A stretch of DNA of 62,333 nucleotides, counting the filler, from Choristocarpus tenellus KU-1152 (Eukaryota > Protista > Phaeophyceae): assembly GCA_964200185.2 (NCBI GenBank). It is 12 parts of 12 records of this genome, joined end to end, with 100 filler letters (N's around TTAATTAATTAA, not from the genome) between each part and the next. Parts side by side here need not be neighbours in the genome. Positions count along the whole stretch, not along the records: positions 34,750 to 39,841 come from CAXNAD020011909.1; positions 39,942 to 45,483 come from CAXNAD020010468.1; positions 45,584 to 49,662 come from CAXNAD020016327.1; positions 49,763 to 58,243 come from CAXNAD020004662.1; 8 more parts are not named here. One strand, written 5' to 3'. A program made the position numbers and the translations under genes. This document shows positions 37,135-50,202 of the stretch, piece by piece; position 1 is the first letter of the stretch, and each line of letters starts with the position of its first letter. The notes under the pieces were generated by a model. That model did no database searches, had not been told where the DNA came from, and saw only the letters and a program-made list of their open reading frames with translations.

Positions 37135-38252
37135 ACCCTCAAAGTCGGTTTGAAGCGCCAAAAAAGGGTGACAACGTTCACTGTAGACGGTGTGGCTATC
37201 CAAAAGGAGGTTGCTAGTACATCGATTGCTCAAGTTCAACACAAGAAATCTTCAGAGACAAAGGAGGGAGCAAAGTCGAGCTGTCTTACTATGGAAGACT
37301 CAGGAACAGATCCAGATGGTGAGGGAGATGAGGACTTCAACGAGGTTAGATCTTCAGAGGAGAGCAGGGACGAGGAACAACATGATGTCGGGATAACTGG
37401 GTGGAGCATCGGGGAGATATGCAATGAGAAGGATACTATTTCGGACAAACTCATTTTTGTTAGAGGAAATTCAAAGGAGAGTCCACCCATCAAGTAAGAG
37501 CGTGTATACGGGTAGACAACACTAACTGCAGAACAATCGAGAGGTGGAGTATGAAGAAGTGGGGTCCCCAGTGTTGTTGTGGGAGTCAAGGGCTCAATAT
37601 CGGTATATATATGGACCCCATAGACTTTTTCAACTTGAAATTATCCAAGGACCAGGGTGAAGAGATGGTAGTGTGGCGACAAACACTCCCATGACATCTG
37701 GCAAGGCGTCACGCAAATGCCGCTGCCACCCGGCATATGATTGGATGCTCAGCTTGCGGTGATCGTTTCAAAAGCATGGAGAGGAGACAGAATGTTAAAG
37801 GTCAGGCTGAATCCGGTCTACAGACTGATCTTGACTTATTCCGCTTGTCGACATTGCAGCCACTGTTGATGCTGTGGGAGGTAGAGATGGATACCTGGAG
37901 GGCCAAGATAGATGGCCAGAAGGGAAGAGCAAGACAGCCCCCCATTGATCTGGGGGGAGCATGGCAGACGAGGTCTTGATCTCATCAGGTATTTGCAACA
38001 GTATTGGGCATGACTGAGACAGATGCATATCTAACTTGGAACAGTTGGGATGGGGTAGCCTATCACGCCAGACGTTCACTGAGGGCATTGCATATTCATT
38101 GCTCAGATCGGAGGATGGGTGCAGCAGAAGTTGCTCAACACGTCAAAGCAACCAAGAGGGGGGTGCCGTTGAGTTTCAAGAACCTCTCTAACTTCCTGGT
38201 GGTAGGTTTGTTTGTAGCACTCAGTCTACAACTCAAGAGTGAGCCAAAGTAA
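37135..38252 (+). pseudogene. Decayed, internally deleted piggyBac-like transposase
   Basis: Acidic N-terminal region, then AWQTRS*SHQVFATVLGMTETDAYLTW, matching the piggyBac/PGBD C-terminal W..(R)VF...LG....(N/D)AY motif; in-frame stops and frameshifts. Confidence 0.55.
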
Positions 38253-38792
38253 ACGAGAGGTATCACGTTTTGACTGTTTTTCATTTTGTGTTTTTCAATC
38301 TTTAGTGATTCACTCATATTTCTATGGATGAAGTTCTAAGTTTGACTTGATAGCGATTATTTCTCTATTATTTTTAATTTTTCAGACATAATTCAGAGAA
38401 TATCCTTCACATATCTGTAAAAACACCTAAATTTGCACATAATTGTCAGCATTCTGAAAATGCAACTCTGGGTACTTCGCTTACTTTGACTCAGTGTATT
38501 TTGACTACGTGGGTACGTTCAGTTTGCAGAAGCAGGCTATCCTTATCGACACCCTTTTTCAAACAACTTCATCTTCTTAGAATAAGGAGAATAGCTAAAG
38601 TTCAAAACGGGCTGAACCCACACCCACCTTGATTGCTTCGCCTAAAACGTAGCAGCAGCAGGACAGCCCTAACCCTATTCCTGAAGACCATGTCGCAGAC
38701 ATATACGACCATCCCAAGTGTCAGGGTCTGACTGCAGGTAGGGGCAGAACCGATTGGGGTGAGAAGCAGAAGCGGGGAGTGCTAAACTGCTC

Positions 38793-39031
38793 TGAATGTG
38801 TGTGGGGGTGTTTTTAACGAGCAACTTGTTCTATAGGGATGGAACCTGTTGTGATCGCTCGAAGAGGCAGTACATGGCAAAGTACTGTGCATTTTAGTCG
38901 ATGTAGGATATGTGAATGTGTGTGGGGGTGTTCTTACCGAGCAACTTGCTCTCTAGGGATGGAGCCTGTTGTGATCGCTCGAAGAGGCAGTACATGGCAA
39001 AGTACTGTGCAATTTAGTCGGTGTAGGATAT
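38793..39031. repeat. 120-bp tandem duplication (2 copies)
   Basis: TGAATGTGTGTGGGGGTGTT...GTAGGATAT repeated with few substitutions. Confidence 0.93.
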
Positions 39032-39841
39032 CTTGTGATATCTGTTTGAGTGCCTCTCCGAGGGGTATGGCTTGAGGAGGCTAGGGCATCGATTTCCATT
39101 CACTCCTCCTGTCCAACCTGGTGTGATATATTTGGGGTAATTTTTTTGCTTGACCACAAAGAAGATGCTGGTGCAGTACGAGGCAGTGCATAGCAAACCA
39201 AACTTAAATTTTTTTCTTCAAGGATACTTCTTTGGTTCGCAAGGGGTTGTATCGGTCAGAACTGGAGGAAGATCACACATTGAAGTTGGGTTTCCAGGCT
39301 GCTTGAGAGTAGGATATATATTTTTGTCGTGACATCATAGAAGGGTATAGACCAGGCAGTGAAACGTGGTGTAACTAAACCAAAATCCAATCTAATGGAG
39401 GGAGGATGTCCTGTGGGATGTATTTGAGTGTCTGTGAAAAGGGCATGGACATCTGGTCGTCCCACGTCAGGCACTTTGCGGGTAACATACGTTACTCTTG
39501 ACCCGGTAAATAATTGAAGATTTGGGAAGTATATATTGCATGACCTATGCTTTTGTGTGCAGAAGTATCTGTGTCATTGTCCTTGTCGATATTACTTTGA
39601 GATCACTATTGTTCGATATATGCACGCTGAAGTAGAGCCAAATCATTTGAGATGTAGGCAACGTTACATTTTAAGAATCCGGAGAAAGGTCCGAAATACG
39701 TCATTTTGTACTATTGCAGAAAGAGCCTTTGCTGGATTGTGGTGTCACTTTGTGTGTGGAAAGGGGAAAAATCAATTTTGTTGTGTTAGCAATTGTTCAC
39801 ATGAAGCAACTGAGCCTCAACGTATATAGGGGGGTGGGGGG

Positions 39842-39941
39842 NNNNNNNNNNNNNNNNNNNNNNNNNNNNNNNNNNNNNNNNNNNNTTAATTAATTAANNN
39901 NNNNNNNNNNNNNNNNNNNNNNNNNNNNNNNNNNNNNNNNN
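39842..39941. other. Artificial contig-joining spacer
   Basis: N44-TTAATTAATTAA-N44. Confidence 0.97.
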
Positions 39942-39950
39942 ATGCACATA

Positions 39951-40010
39951 TATAGTTTTCATTGGTTTCCCCCCTGACACATCTGCAAAATGTCAGAGGG
40001 CATAATAATA
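39951..40010 (+). mobile_element. 60-bp hairpin-containing dispersed element (family D)
   Basis: Identical to 51991-52050; stem CCC-CTGACA / TGTCAG-A-GGG; TA-rich flanks. Confidence 0.75.
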
Positions 40011-40536
40011 ATATATACCTGTTCCATATGAGCTAACATCATGTCCCAAAGAATGGATTTGCTTTGAGTCAATTTGAGCATTAGATGGCTTCAATGGATC
40101 ATAAAGACACGATATATGTATCGAATATTTATTAATGGTTCCTCAAAAACCCACACAAAGTAGGAAAAAACATAAGATTCGCAACAATGGTAACAGGGGA
40201 TGAAAAAGGCTCATCTACTTTGCATTAACCTGCTTTTCCATATTGTTTTCTCATTGGCAGATGGGGTCACATTTACTGGTGTCATGCGATACGGAAATCA
40301 ACAAACCGCCTTAGTATCTTGTTGTAGTAGAAAGTCAACAACAAGTGGTGATGCAACAGTCTAATTCATCTTCAGACAATGAACTACTACTGGTCTGAAT
40401 TTAGCAACAATATCAAGCAATCCTCCTGATCAGAAAAATTCAGTCGTGCATATGCAAATGACTTCTTCGAAAACACCTCCAAATCGTCCCATTATTTAGG
40501 TCTTCCGTGTTGGAAGGTGTGGCTGCAGCTGCACTT

Positions 40537-40715
40537 TGGTCAAAGTATCTGGGGGGGGGGGTGGTTTGTGAGGAGGCATCCGTTTCGGTCGAACAACTCT
40601 TTTTTTGCTGACATTCCAAATCCGACAAGTGTGACCAAATAACACCAAAAAAGTGAAAATCGAAAAAAGGCCGAAAAACGGACGCCGACACCCCCCTCCC
40701 CAGATACTTTGACCC
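40537..40715 (+). mobile_element. MITE subfamily C with 4-bp TSD (ACTT)
   Basis: ACTT|TGGTCAAAGTATCTG(n)...CCCAGATACTTTGACCC|ACTT; second copy at 45371-45483. Confidence 0.88.
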
Positions 40716-43700
40716 ACTTGTGTTAATATCTGAGACGGAATGCATGTTTAACACAGGAGAGATATGACCGACTACAGAATTTGGACGCAGTTGGACCCCT
40801 TTCTTAGATAAATTGACATTATTGATGAAATTTCTTCTGCCCAAACAGTAAGGGTTCGACTGACCGAAAAATTTTGCCTGTGGGGATGTATGTCTTCATC
40901 TTGAAGGTCTATACAAATTTTGATGATTGGTTCTACCACAGCATCAGTAACCGTTTCTCAGACGGCCTGGGAACAAACTAAAACAAAAGATTCCGTGTCA
41001 CGGGGAAGGTGTATCTTTTCTACTGTATGTACACTTGTGGCGAACCCAGATGTGGTCACTGAAACTGAAACATGAGATGGTGGATTTCAGTCTGACAAAA
41101 CATAACATTTGTTGGGGGGGAAGAGATGCAAGTTGGTAGGATCTATAGAGTTGCTAGAATATAATCTTCACTGTCTTTAAAAAACAATTCCTCTTTGTCC
41201 CAATCTAGCACTGCCCTAAAAGCTGACATGATGCTGTTATCCAAAAAAAAAATTCCACTCCCAAGTTAGGTATGACTACTGCTTGGACAGGATATCTCTC
41301 CAACTTGTAGTGAGTCGTGCAAATTGAAAAAACCATCAACAGACGAAGGTGCATCATCTGCTCCCTTTATATTTAGAGCCCCATCTGGAATCTCCCGAAT
41401 GAGTGCCTTGCAGGGTGTAGGGTGGGTCTGAATGTATCTCAGTGGTATTATTGGAATGACGTTAGCAGTACCAACATAAATGTTCAAAAAGGTTCATTGT
41501 TCATATATCCTGGAACCTACACGGTAAGTTAAGACATTCAGCACGCGAGGGAGGATGAGTCATAATTAAAATTTGATGTGTGCCAACAATATGAAAGAGT
41601 GGAAAAACGCATTCTAGTCTGAGAAAAATCCTCATGCACGTCAGAAAAAGGTCATGATGTGTAAGTTATAGCAGGTCCAACAGTGGTTGCATGCCCTCCT
41701 TGTAGCTGTTGATCTTTTGCTGGTGTTGTGCTATTGTTAAGTGGTGTACTAGGTTTTTCTTTTTCTTCAGTGTTTGCCGACGTAGAAAACAAGTCCTTAA
41801 GTATTACACCACGTGTATGCCTTACTCTTGATACTTCTGGGGAAACAAATTAAGGAGGGCATTCCTAAACACTCTCATATGTCACTCTCCTCCTGCTGTT
41901 CTATGGTGTCCTGCAGGGTTTCTCATGGGAGGAATAATTGAGATTTCTGGCTGGGTAGCAATTGCTCCGATCGCTGATAAAAGTCGATCAATCAAGTAGC
42001 ATTTGCGGTTGTTGTAGATACACACGTGAGAGAAAGGTTTAGCCCATTTTTGAAATTGACAACTAGGGAATAGGACAAATCCTGTGCTCCAGAACTCATG
42101 AGTTAAGCCCTAGTGAGATAGTCGTTTCATGATCAAGGGATCAAGTACATAGCCCCAGGGAATGTGATCGGGGCAGGGTGAGTCAATATACTCATCTTAT
42201 CAGTTACTAGTTTCCTTCCAAGGGCCGCAGGAGTGAGGCTGACTTCCACATTCTCCAACTCCCAACAATGTTAGACCTATGCGACAACTCGGACTCGAGT
42301 GAATGTGTAATGGACATCAAACTTCCAGTCCTCCTTGTACTCGTCATCTTCGACCAACAATTGATGGAGGGTCTGGTCCGAGATATGTTGAAGGCTGTCC
42401 CCTAAGCATTGGGACACCGGCCTCGTGTTCAAGCGAACCGTCAAGGGTGTACCACCCTATCCTGTGCCCCACCTGCCACACCCTGGCAACGGCGGAACCC
42501 TACTACACGGCAATGGAGAGGAGTGTGGGAATCGAAGCCGTGCTTGAATCCATCCACACACAATTGTCCTCTACCCCTTTCGCCATCCCACCTTTTCGCC
42601 TACTCGCCATCCCCTGCCCCCCCCCCCTCTTGACGTGACTCAGGATTGATAGTGCTTTTTTCTCCAAGTGGTCTCGGCTTTCAGACTAGGGTCAACAATC
42701 TTTTGAGTTGGTTGCGCTTCCTTCTAATCCGCCATCGTGGTGTGGCCCTACATCTCCAGTGACCCCCCAACGTGGATGTGCATGAGTACCACCCTGTTGT
42801 AACAATCTTGGGCTATGCTGGTTTGCATCCACTGTTCATGTCAGGGCTCTTGTGAGCTGGTCGTGCGTCTGACCCACACCACATCATGTAAAGTGGACTC
42901 AATAGCAGAAGTCAACGTGGGCATAACTGCGCATATTATCCTCATCAATGTTGGAAGAACCTCAAAAAGGGGACAATATTACGAATACAAAATACTTGTT
43001 ACAACTTTTTCCCTTTCACTTCAGTCTGAGGACTGTCTCCACCCATGGTTAGAGGCACATTGCGCACTGGTCATCCAGTCCATTTCTCATATCAATTACT
43101 ATGAACAACTGTTGCACTAATACTACTAATCGTACAGCCTCTGTTTGTCGCTCCTCGTTTCTGGCATGTTGGTTTCAACCATCCCACCACTCTTCATTCC
43201 ACCTCCTCTCAAGTGTCTTGTACTGGACCTACTTCGGCGTCGTTTTGGCAATAAGGCCTAGTGTTACCTCGTTTTAGGTCTATGTTTTTGTAGCATACAA
43301 ACAACTAGATAGGATAATGCAGGCGCGTACAATCCACACATGTGAAACAGTTAGAAACCGTCAGACAGGCTCTTCAGACTGAAGAGAACAGAAGGACTCA
43401 CAGGAGGAACGGAAAGGAGAGAGGCAAGGCAGGAGGGTGAACAACCTTTAGGAGGCCACTCAGGGAAGGAATGAGCAAGGAAAACTGAATAGGGGGGGTT
43501 GTAAGCTCCACTCAAACCCGAAACCCAATATATATTGATGCCATCATGAAGCAAAGGTTGATGTTATATGAGGAAACAGACCTTGACCAATATCTTCTAA
43601 AGGAAGGGTACTTTAGAAGTATACCTTGACCCGAAGGTGTATATCACACAAAATGCCATTTTGAATCTGATTTTCTTTTTGTTTTCCGTACATCCCCTTC

Positions 43701-43809
43701 TTCCTGTCCTTTAGAATTGATAGTTGAATATCGGTCTTGGTCTAACGACATCGTCTTTTTCGATGCCTAGTCCCTCATTTCTACATATCTACACCACCGA
43801 TCTGACTAG

Positions 43810-44115
43810 AGGAAAGTTTTATGGAATAATTTAAGTTGTATGAGCATAAGAATTCGCAGGGGGAATGCCTAATATACAGGGGTAAGGGAAAAGGGAAGAA
43901 ATATAAAATAATGGTAGGAGAAAGGGTTCAACACTGAAGGGCTTCATAGACAGACCAGGTAAACGACAAATTAATGAGATTGAATAAATGGAAGCAGAGG
44001 TAAGAAGGATCAGACACAATTTAAGGTCAGAATAAATGGTAGGGGTAGAAGGACAAAATGGGGGCAGGATAGAGATGTCTTCTGAGCAATTCTTACCCAC
44101 CCACCCACCCACCCT
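43810..44115 (-). repeat. Dispersed repeat family E, diverged copy
   Basis: Minus strand GGGTGGGTGGGTAAGAATTGCTCAG ... GAATTCTTATGCTCATACAACTTAAATTATTCCATAAAACT aligns by eye to both conserved E blocks. Confidence 0.55.
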
Positions 44116-44331
44116 AATAGTGGCCCACGACTGAATGGAACGTTGGGGGTGGTGGGAAATAAAGCTTGGGTAGGGTAGGTGTCTTCTAGTTCAAAGGCAC
44201 TGTATGGAATGGGTATTTTGTACAAATGCATGTTGGGAATTTTCGTAATTCTGCGAAATTCTTCAAACAATAGAGAAATCAATGCGCTCAAATCAATCTG
44301 AGCACTTAATCCAAAGAAATATGGGTGAATG

Positions 44332-44589
44332 GAGCCAAAGTATCTTAGAGGGTAGGGCCGTGTCCATTTGGGGGGTAAAAACCCAATGTTGCGATTTTGA
44401 TGTAATTTCGGCTATCGTGTTTGTTAGGAAGTGTCAATATCCATGTTTTGGACACACCTTTTCATAACGTATACATTTACCTATTCCTAAACACTTTGGA
44501 GTAGGAAAACGTAAAAAAAACAACACGGGAAGCCAAGCCCCAAATGGACAAAGAGGGCAAAACTCGTACCCTCTAAGATACTTTCACTC
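44332..44589 (+). mobile_element. MITE subfamily B (258 bp) with 4-bp TSD (AATG)
   Basis: AATG|GAGCCAAAGTATCTTAGAGGGTA...TACCCTCTAAGATACTTTCACTC|AATG. Confidence 0.92.
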
Positions 44590-44971
44590 AATGGCAGAAG
44601 ATAAAAAAATGACTTCAAATGCAAAACAACCAAAACATTGGCTCTGTATGTAATTGGAACAGTAGTACTAACATATTTATTGTGGTTTTGTGTCCCAGTT
44701 TGGTTGCCAGGAGTAGGACTAAGATATGCCATATCACACTGAAAGCATGTCAAAACGATCAAGTGAATAATGCTCAATATTGCTCACGATACCCGGACTT
44801 TGGTGTGGATCTTGACTGGAGCAGGACCTGGGTATTCTCATTTAGTCGATTCTAGTGTCATTTTCCTCACGAATTTGGGATTAAATCTAGTTGCTTCTTC
44901 TTAGGCTACTATACAGTGTCTACTCCTCCTCAACCAATGTTACACCAATCATTCCTTGCCACACCAACTCT

Positions 44972-45483
44972 GGGCCAAAGTATCTTAGAGGGTAGAGCCA
45001 CTTCCATTTGGGGGCCAAAATCCAATGTTGCCAATGTTGCGATTTTGATGTAATTTTTGCTATCGTGTTTGTTAGGAAGTGTCAATATCCTTGTTGCGGA
45101 CACACCGTTTCATAACATACACATTTCACTTACTTCGAAATATTTTGGAGTAGGAAAATGACATAAAAAAACCAAGGGAAGCCAAGCCCCAAATGGACAA
45201 ATAGGGTAAAATTCGTACCCTCTAAGATATATTTACTCAAAAATTGACCCTAAATAGGCAGTCGCCACCCCCCCCCTCATATACTTTGAGGCACAGACAT
45301 GTCCAACATCTATATCACGACTGTAAAGGAGGCACTACTTAGCCACCCAAAAAATGGCACGGGACAACCAGGGCCAAAGTGTCTGGGGGGGGTGGGGGGG
45401 TGGTTTGTGAGGGGGCGTCCGTTTCGGTCAAACAACTCTTTTTTTTGCTGACATTTCAAATCCGACACGTGCGACCAAATAAC
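44972..45483 (+). mobile_element. MITE cluster: B copy (44972-45238), A right end (45239-45293), C left part (45371-45483)
   Basis: Each segment aligns to full copies elsewhere in the window. Confidence 0.85.
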
Positions 45484-45583
45484 NNNNNNNNNNNNNNNNN
45501 NNNNNNNNNNNNNNNNNNNNNNNNNNNTTAATTAATTAANNNNNNNNNNNNNNNNNNNNNNNNNNNNNNNNNNNNNNNNNNNN
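45484..45583. other. Artificial contig-joining spacer
   Basis: N44-TTAATTAATTAA-N44. Confidence 0.97.
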
Positions 45584-45706
45584 GTGTCCAGAACATGGAT
45601 ATGGACACTTCCTAACAAACACAATACCAAAAATTACATCAAAATCGCAACATTAAATTTTGACCCCCAAATGGACAGGGCTCTACCCTCTAAGATACTT
45701 TGGCTC
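45584..45706 (-). mobile_element. MITE subfamily B, cut by contig start
   Basis: Ends ...CCCAAATGGACAGGGCTCTACCCTCTAAGATACTTTGGCTC. Confidence 0.85.
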
Positions 45707-46014
45707 AGTGCAGGCAGCATGTTCTTGCCTGACCCAGTGTCGTTTCCAAACATGTGAAGCGCGGGCTCGGCGGGAGTGGTATCCGCGTGTCATGGGGAGG
45801 TGGTGCGTTAAATTCGTTCCTTATGATGTCTGCTGCTGCTGCTATCTTTTTTTCCCAACACTGTAGATCCATCCCTTCTCTTCTTCCCACCCTTCCATTG
45901 TTTCCTTCCCGTCCTTCCCCCCTTCTTTTCCGTCGTTTTCCATCAAATCTTCCCATCTTGTCTTGTTCCTTTCATTGTTGTCCTCTCTCCTATTCGCCAT
46001 CTTTTGTTAATCGG

Positions 46015-46280
46015 ACGAGAAGCTTGCTCGGAGGTTGCCTTGGTCTCCCCTCCTCGTCTTGTACCCCTGGTTTTCTTTCCTTTTATCACTGACTGGCTGC
46101 TGTTCTTCTCCTTATCTACCACTCATTTCCATTAGCCTTTTCTTCCCTTCCACTTTCCCTTCCAACTATTCATTCTCTTCTTGCTTCCTTCTTTTTCTTT
46201 CCCCTACCCACGCTTGTCCTGTGCCCCCAGCCAACCAGAATTCTTCCGCCCACAAAACTCAGATTACTTCATAAACTCTC
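46015..46280 (+). repeat. Dispersed repeat family E, copy 2
   Basis: 47-bp identity with 7688-7734 plus the AAGCTTGCTCGG...CCCTCCTCGTCTTG block. Confidence 0.75.
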
Positions 46281-49200
46281 ACCTTTGTGCTCAATTCACC
46301 ATATATTCCTAACGCCCATAACTATATGAAGCACCCATAGCGCCCAGGAGTGCAAAAGATCTCGCCTAACTTTATAGCACATTTTTTTGTAATAATAAAA
46401 TAATATTATATTACAACTATACCTCACCAACATATTGATCTTGGTTTCCCTGCAACCTTCAGTTTGTTTGCCTTTGGATCATCGATCGAGCGCTGCCGCC
46501 GCCAATGTAACGTCGGTAGGGTAGATCACTTTCCAGATGAGAATGACTTTGTTCAGTACAGTGCTCACATTAATGGAGACCACAGTAGCTTTGGTGGGGG
46601 GTTGGGACAGGTAGTTACGCTGCACAGTCTGTATGTCCTGTATGGTACAGCCAAGAACTACTCCCCTGTAAGATACTGGATAAAATCGACACCTGCCTTG
46701 CCAGACTCAACGGAAGGAGTAGATAAATTTGCTTGCATCTATCGTCCAGGTGAAGGCATATCTTTCCAGGCTGAAGATCAGGGTGTGGGTAATTGAGACA
46801 GCAATTGCCACGCTGATGGAAGTGCAACCAAGTCAGCAAAGGGTGATCGCAGAAGGTAATGGCAAGGTCAGTGTGCTTGGAATGGTTGCGAGTCATCGCA
46901 GCTTCCAGGCTCATTACTTCTATAATCGGAAGAGAGATTACTAATATACTGGCAATCCTATGAGACTTTCTGTGTGTGATAAAACCCTTATTGCATTGTT
47001 TCTGTAGCCCTAGCCCCTCTACCCTCACTGATATACCTTCAATTTTCTTCCAGGCCATGTTAGAAACCGAAATTTATCCAATACAACGTCAAGAAGTCTC
47101 TCATCCACATAGTACTGTGATTCTGACCCTATACCTACACTTACCCCTTGCTTGAAACAGTATTCCACTTAACCGAATCCTTCCTCTAACAAAAGATGTC
47201 CCCACAATTCCTGCAAACATGTTGAAGAGCATGAGATGATCAAAGAATGCACTTACAATCCTGGGTGGCTGCTGTTGTGAGGGGCCCCAACTACACCAGG
47301 ATCTTTCTAAAGATACGACAATACTCACGGACGCGTTGGAGGCTCCGAACAGCGTGGTTGAGGTGCTCCATCCATCATTGCGTACGCCCCAGCACTGATA
47401 GGTGTGGTTGGTTGTATTGCTCAGCAGTTTGTTCTTGAGTTGAGGATCTGAGCCTAGATTTAGAATAGATATGAGGACTGGGTGGGACCCATTTGGTTCT
47501 TTGATTGTGTTGTCCAGCACGAATATTACTTGTCTGGGTGAGTGTTGAGAATGACAAACGTGCATTATTTCAAGAGGATGAGAATGTAGGTGACAGGAAC
47601 TCTTATCCACATTTGTATGTACCTAGACATAGATCTCTAATTAGTCCTTTTTGGTGCATGTGGGGAAGGTGTCTGATGGTGCGGATCAGGGCTGGGTTGA
47701 AGGTTAAGATTTGGTGTGTGTACGTTTATGGGTTGTTTTATTTACTCAACGGTTTTTTCTAATTACACTGGGGTGTGTCACCATAGCTCATAGCATTGTA
47801 ATTCCCGATTTGAGGGGGGATTTCCTATCAAACATTCAGCTGTTTTGGCTGACCAACCAGAGGAGGTGATCAACTTGGTAGCTTTTACGTCCCAATGTTC
47901 ACCCATTGAAGCATGGCTTCTTATGTTTCTGCACTACCTACACAAAGGATGCAAGGGTTTCTATAACGAATAAGAGATTTATTATTAGTGTTGACAACAA
48001 GTATAGTTTGGCATCGATGTATCATATTTTCTGTACCTGTAGCCGATCACCGTATACACTTTTACATATTTAACATGTATTGTAGGGGGGAGTTTGACAA
48101 GTTTGTCATTTAACTGCCTCGGAGACTTATCCTTCGAAATCCATCACCTCTTCCGTACAAAAAATGATGTGTTCATTTGGTTATGTTCCTTGACATTTCC
48201 AGAGTGGTATTTTTTTTGTGGGTGGAAGGGAAGGTCATGAATATACAGGGAATAGGGTATACCTCTTCCGGTATTTATCATAGGCCAGAAGGGAATAGAT
48301 GTATTCTACTAAAAAAGGGCCTCTGTTCTTAAACTTATCACCCTACTGTGGTAATGTCTTTTCCTTTTTGGCGTTTGTATTGGCGATGAACATCTACAAA
48401 CAGGGTACTATATCATGATAGATGCCCATGGACCTGTAGTCTGAGGTAGATTATAATTTTTTCTCCAAGTAATGACATATCAGGTGATCAAGTAGATAAT
48501 TTTGTCTCACACCTGTAGCACTATGCATGACACAAGATCGTGACATTGGCCACATATATATTGCATCCAGGTTAGGTCACCATGAAAGTCACAGTTTGAT
48601 GCCCCAGAATTTGTGTATCCTGCTATGGGTATTTTTTTCTTTCATTACAATGTATGACAGTAACAGTTTGAATTTTGTATAGTGCTGCTACTATGACTTA
48701 CACTGAACAGGTAGGAAAACCTGTTGAGATAAACCTGTAACCCTCCCTTCCGCCCCTCTTCTGTTCTATTTTCCAACTTGTGCCTTCAGCAGATATACCA
48801 TGATGTCCTTGCCATGACTGAGGCATTTCTCATCTTTGTTGAAGAGGAGGAAGGTGCAGTATATTCGACCCACATCATACTCAAGGCATTCATTGGAGAT
48901 GATGGAAGCATTGACTGGGGATTGATCATTATTGCCAGGATGCTACAACTGGAGGGTTGCACCTCCTCAAGGACCATATCCAATGCATATTGAGCCTGTG
49001 GTCAAGTATGGAGCCACAGCAACTCCTAGCCAATTCTTAAGCGTTGCCCGTTTTGCCTTATGTATCTCTATAGCCCATTGAACTCTGATATTGTTATTGA
49101 TGACAACATGACTTGTGAACTTTGGACATGTATAGGGTTCCCAGAACGAGCATGACAAGAAGGTACTGAGGACTAGGACACTATGCCACAAACTCATGCC

Positions 49201-49662
49201 ATATGCAAGTGGTGAAGGGAGTGAATTGGCATGGGTTCTTGGCTTGAAGGTCAATGCCTCCAACCTCTCAGATAATGACTTGAAAGCAAGGAACCGCCCT
49301 GGCCTCCCCATGACCTCTTGGCTTTCATAGTTAAACCCTTTCCTTAGACTCACACCTTGTCACCCCTCTCTCCCGGGGCACCCCTCACTCTCATGCCTCC
49401 TTGTCTCTCTAGGTGTACTCCATCCCCACATGTCTGTGGGAGCCATGCCTCAAGGGTCTGCCAATCCTCACTGTTGAAGGGCTGCAATGCTTCCACCGAG
49501 GAGGGCACTACGAAGTCTTGGTGGACCAACACTCCACAGTGGGCAAGATAGTAGTGTCCATGGTGTCCACTCTGGTTGGTATCCCATGTACTTTCCAACC
49601 AATCTCGGAGGTGAGCTACGGTGTAGCCCTGTTGATAGGTTGGGGTGTCCTTTGTTGAAATA

Positions 49663-49762
49663 NNNNNNNNNNNNNNNNNNNNNNNNNNNNNNNNNNNNNN
49701 NNNNNNTTAATTAATTAANNNNNNNNNNNNNNNNNNNNNNNNNNNNNNNNNNNNNNNNNNNN
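49663..49762. other. Artificial contig-joining spacer
   Basis: N44-TTAATTAATTAA-N44; followed by a MITE A right end (49763-49805). Confidence 0.97.
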
Positions 49763-50023
49763 ATCTCAAATGGACAGCCGCCACCTCCTCCCAGATACTT
49801 TGAGTAAGTGGAGTACTACTGCTGTACTACCGATCTATCAAGACCAGGGTGGGGAACTACTTAGTGTCCCTAACAAATGCGCTCAGAGCTATATGCATGG
49901 GTAAGAGGGAGGGGGAGCTCTAGACCCAGATTGAGGTTTTCACACACTTCAGGGTGTGTTGTTGGCATTAATATTGTTTTTGCACTCTTTAGCTTTTCTG
50001 ATTTGAAACCTCCCAAGCTCATT

Positions 50024-50202
50024 GACCAAAAGTATCCTGGGGGGGGGCGGGGGCTACACCAGGGTGTCCATTTGAACCATAACCAGGAAAGGTACACTTT
50101 CATTACCCATCCAACGTATGAAATCAAATCACCCAAAAATCGCGACATGAAAAAATTGGCCCCAAATGGACAGCTGCCACCCCCCTCCAGATACTTTGAG
50201 CC
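50024..50202 (+). mobile_element. MITE subfamily A
   Basis: ATT|GACCAAAAGTATCC...CAGATACTTTGAGCC|ATT. Confidence 0.9.

Noticed and set aside
40187-40225. Mariner-like VTGDEK motif
   Set aside because: An isolated six-residue match; no other DD34D motifs were found nearby.
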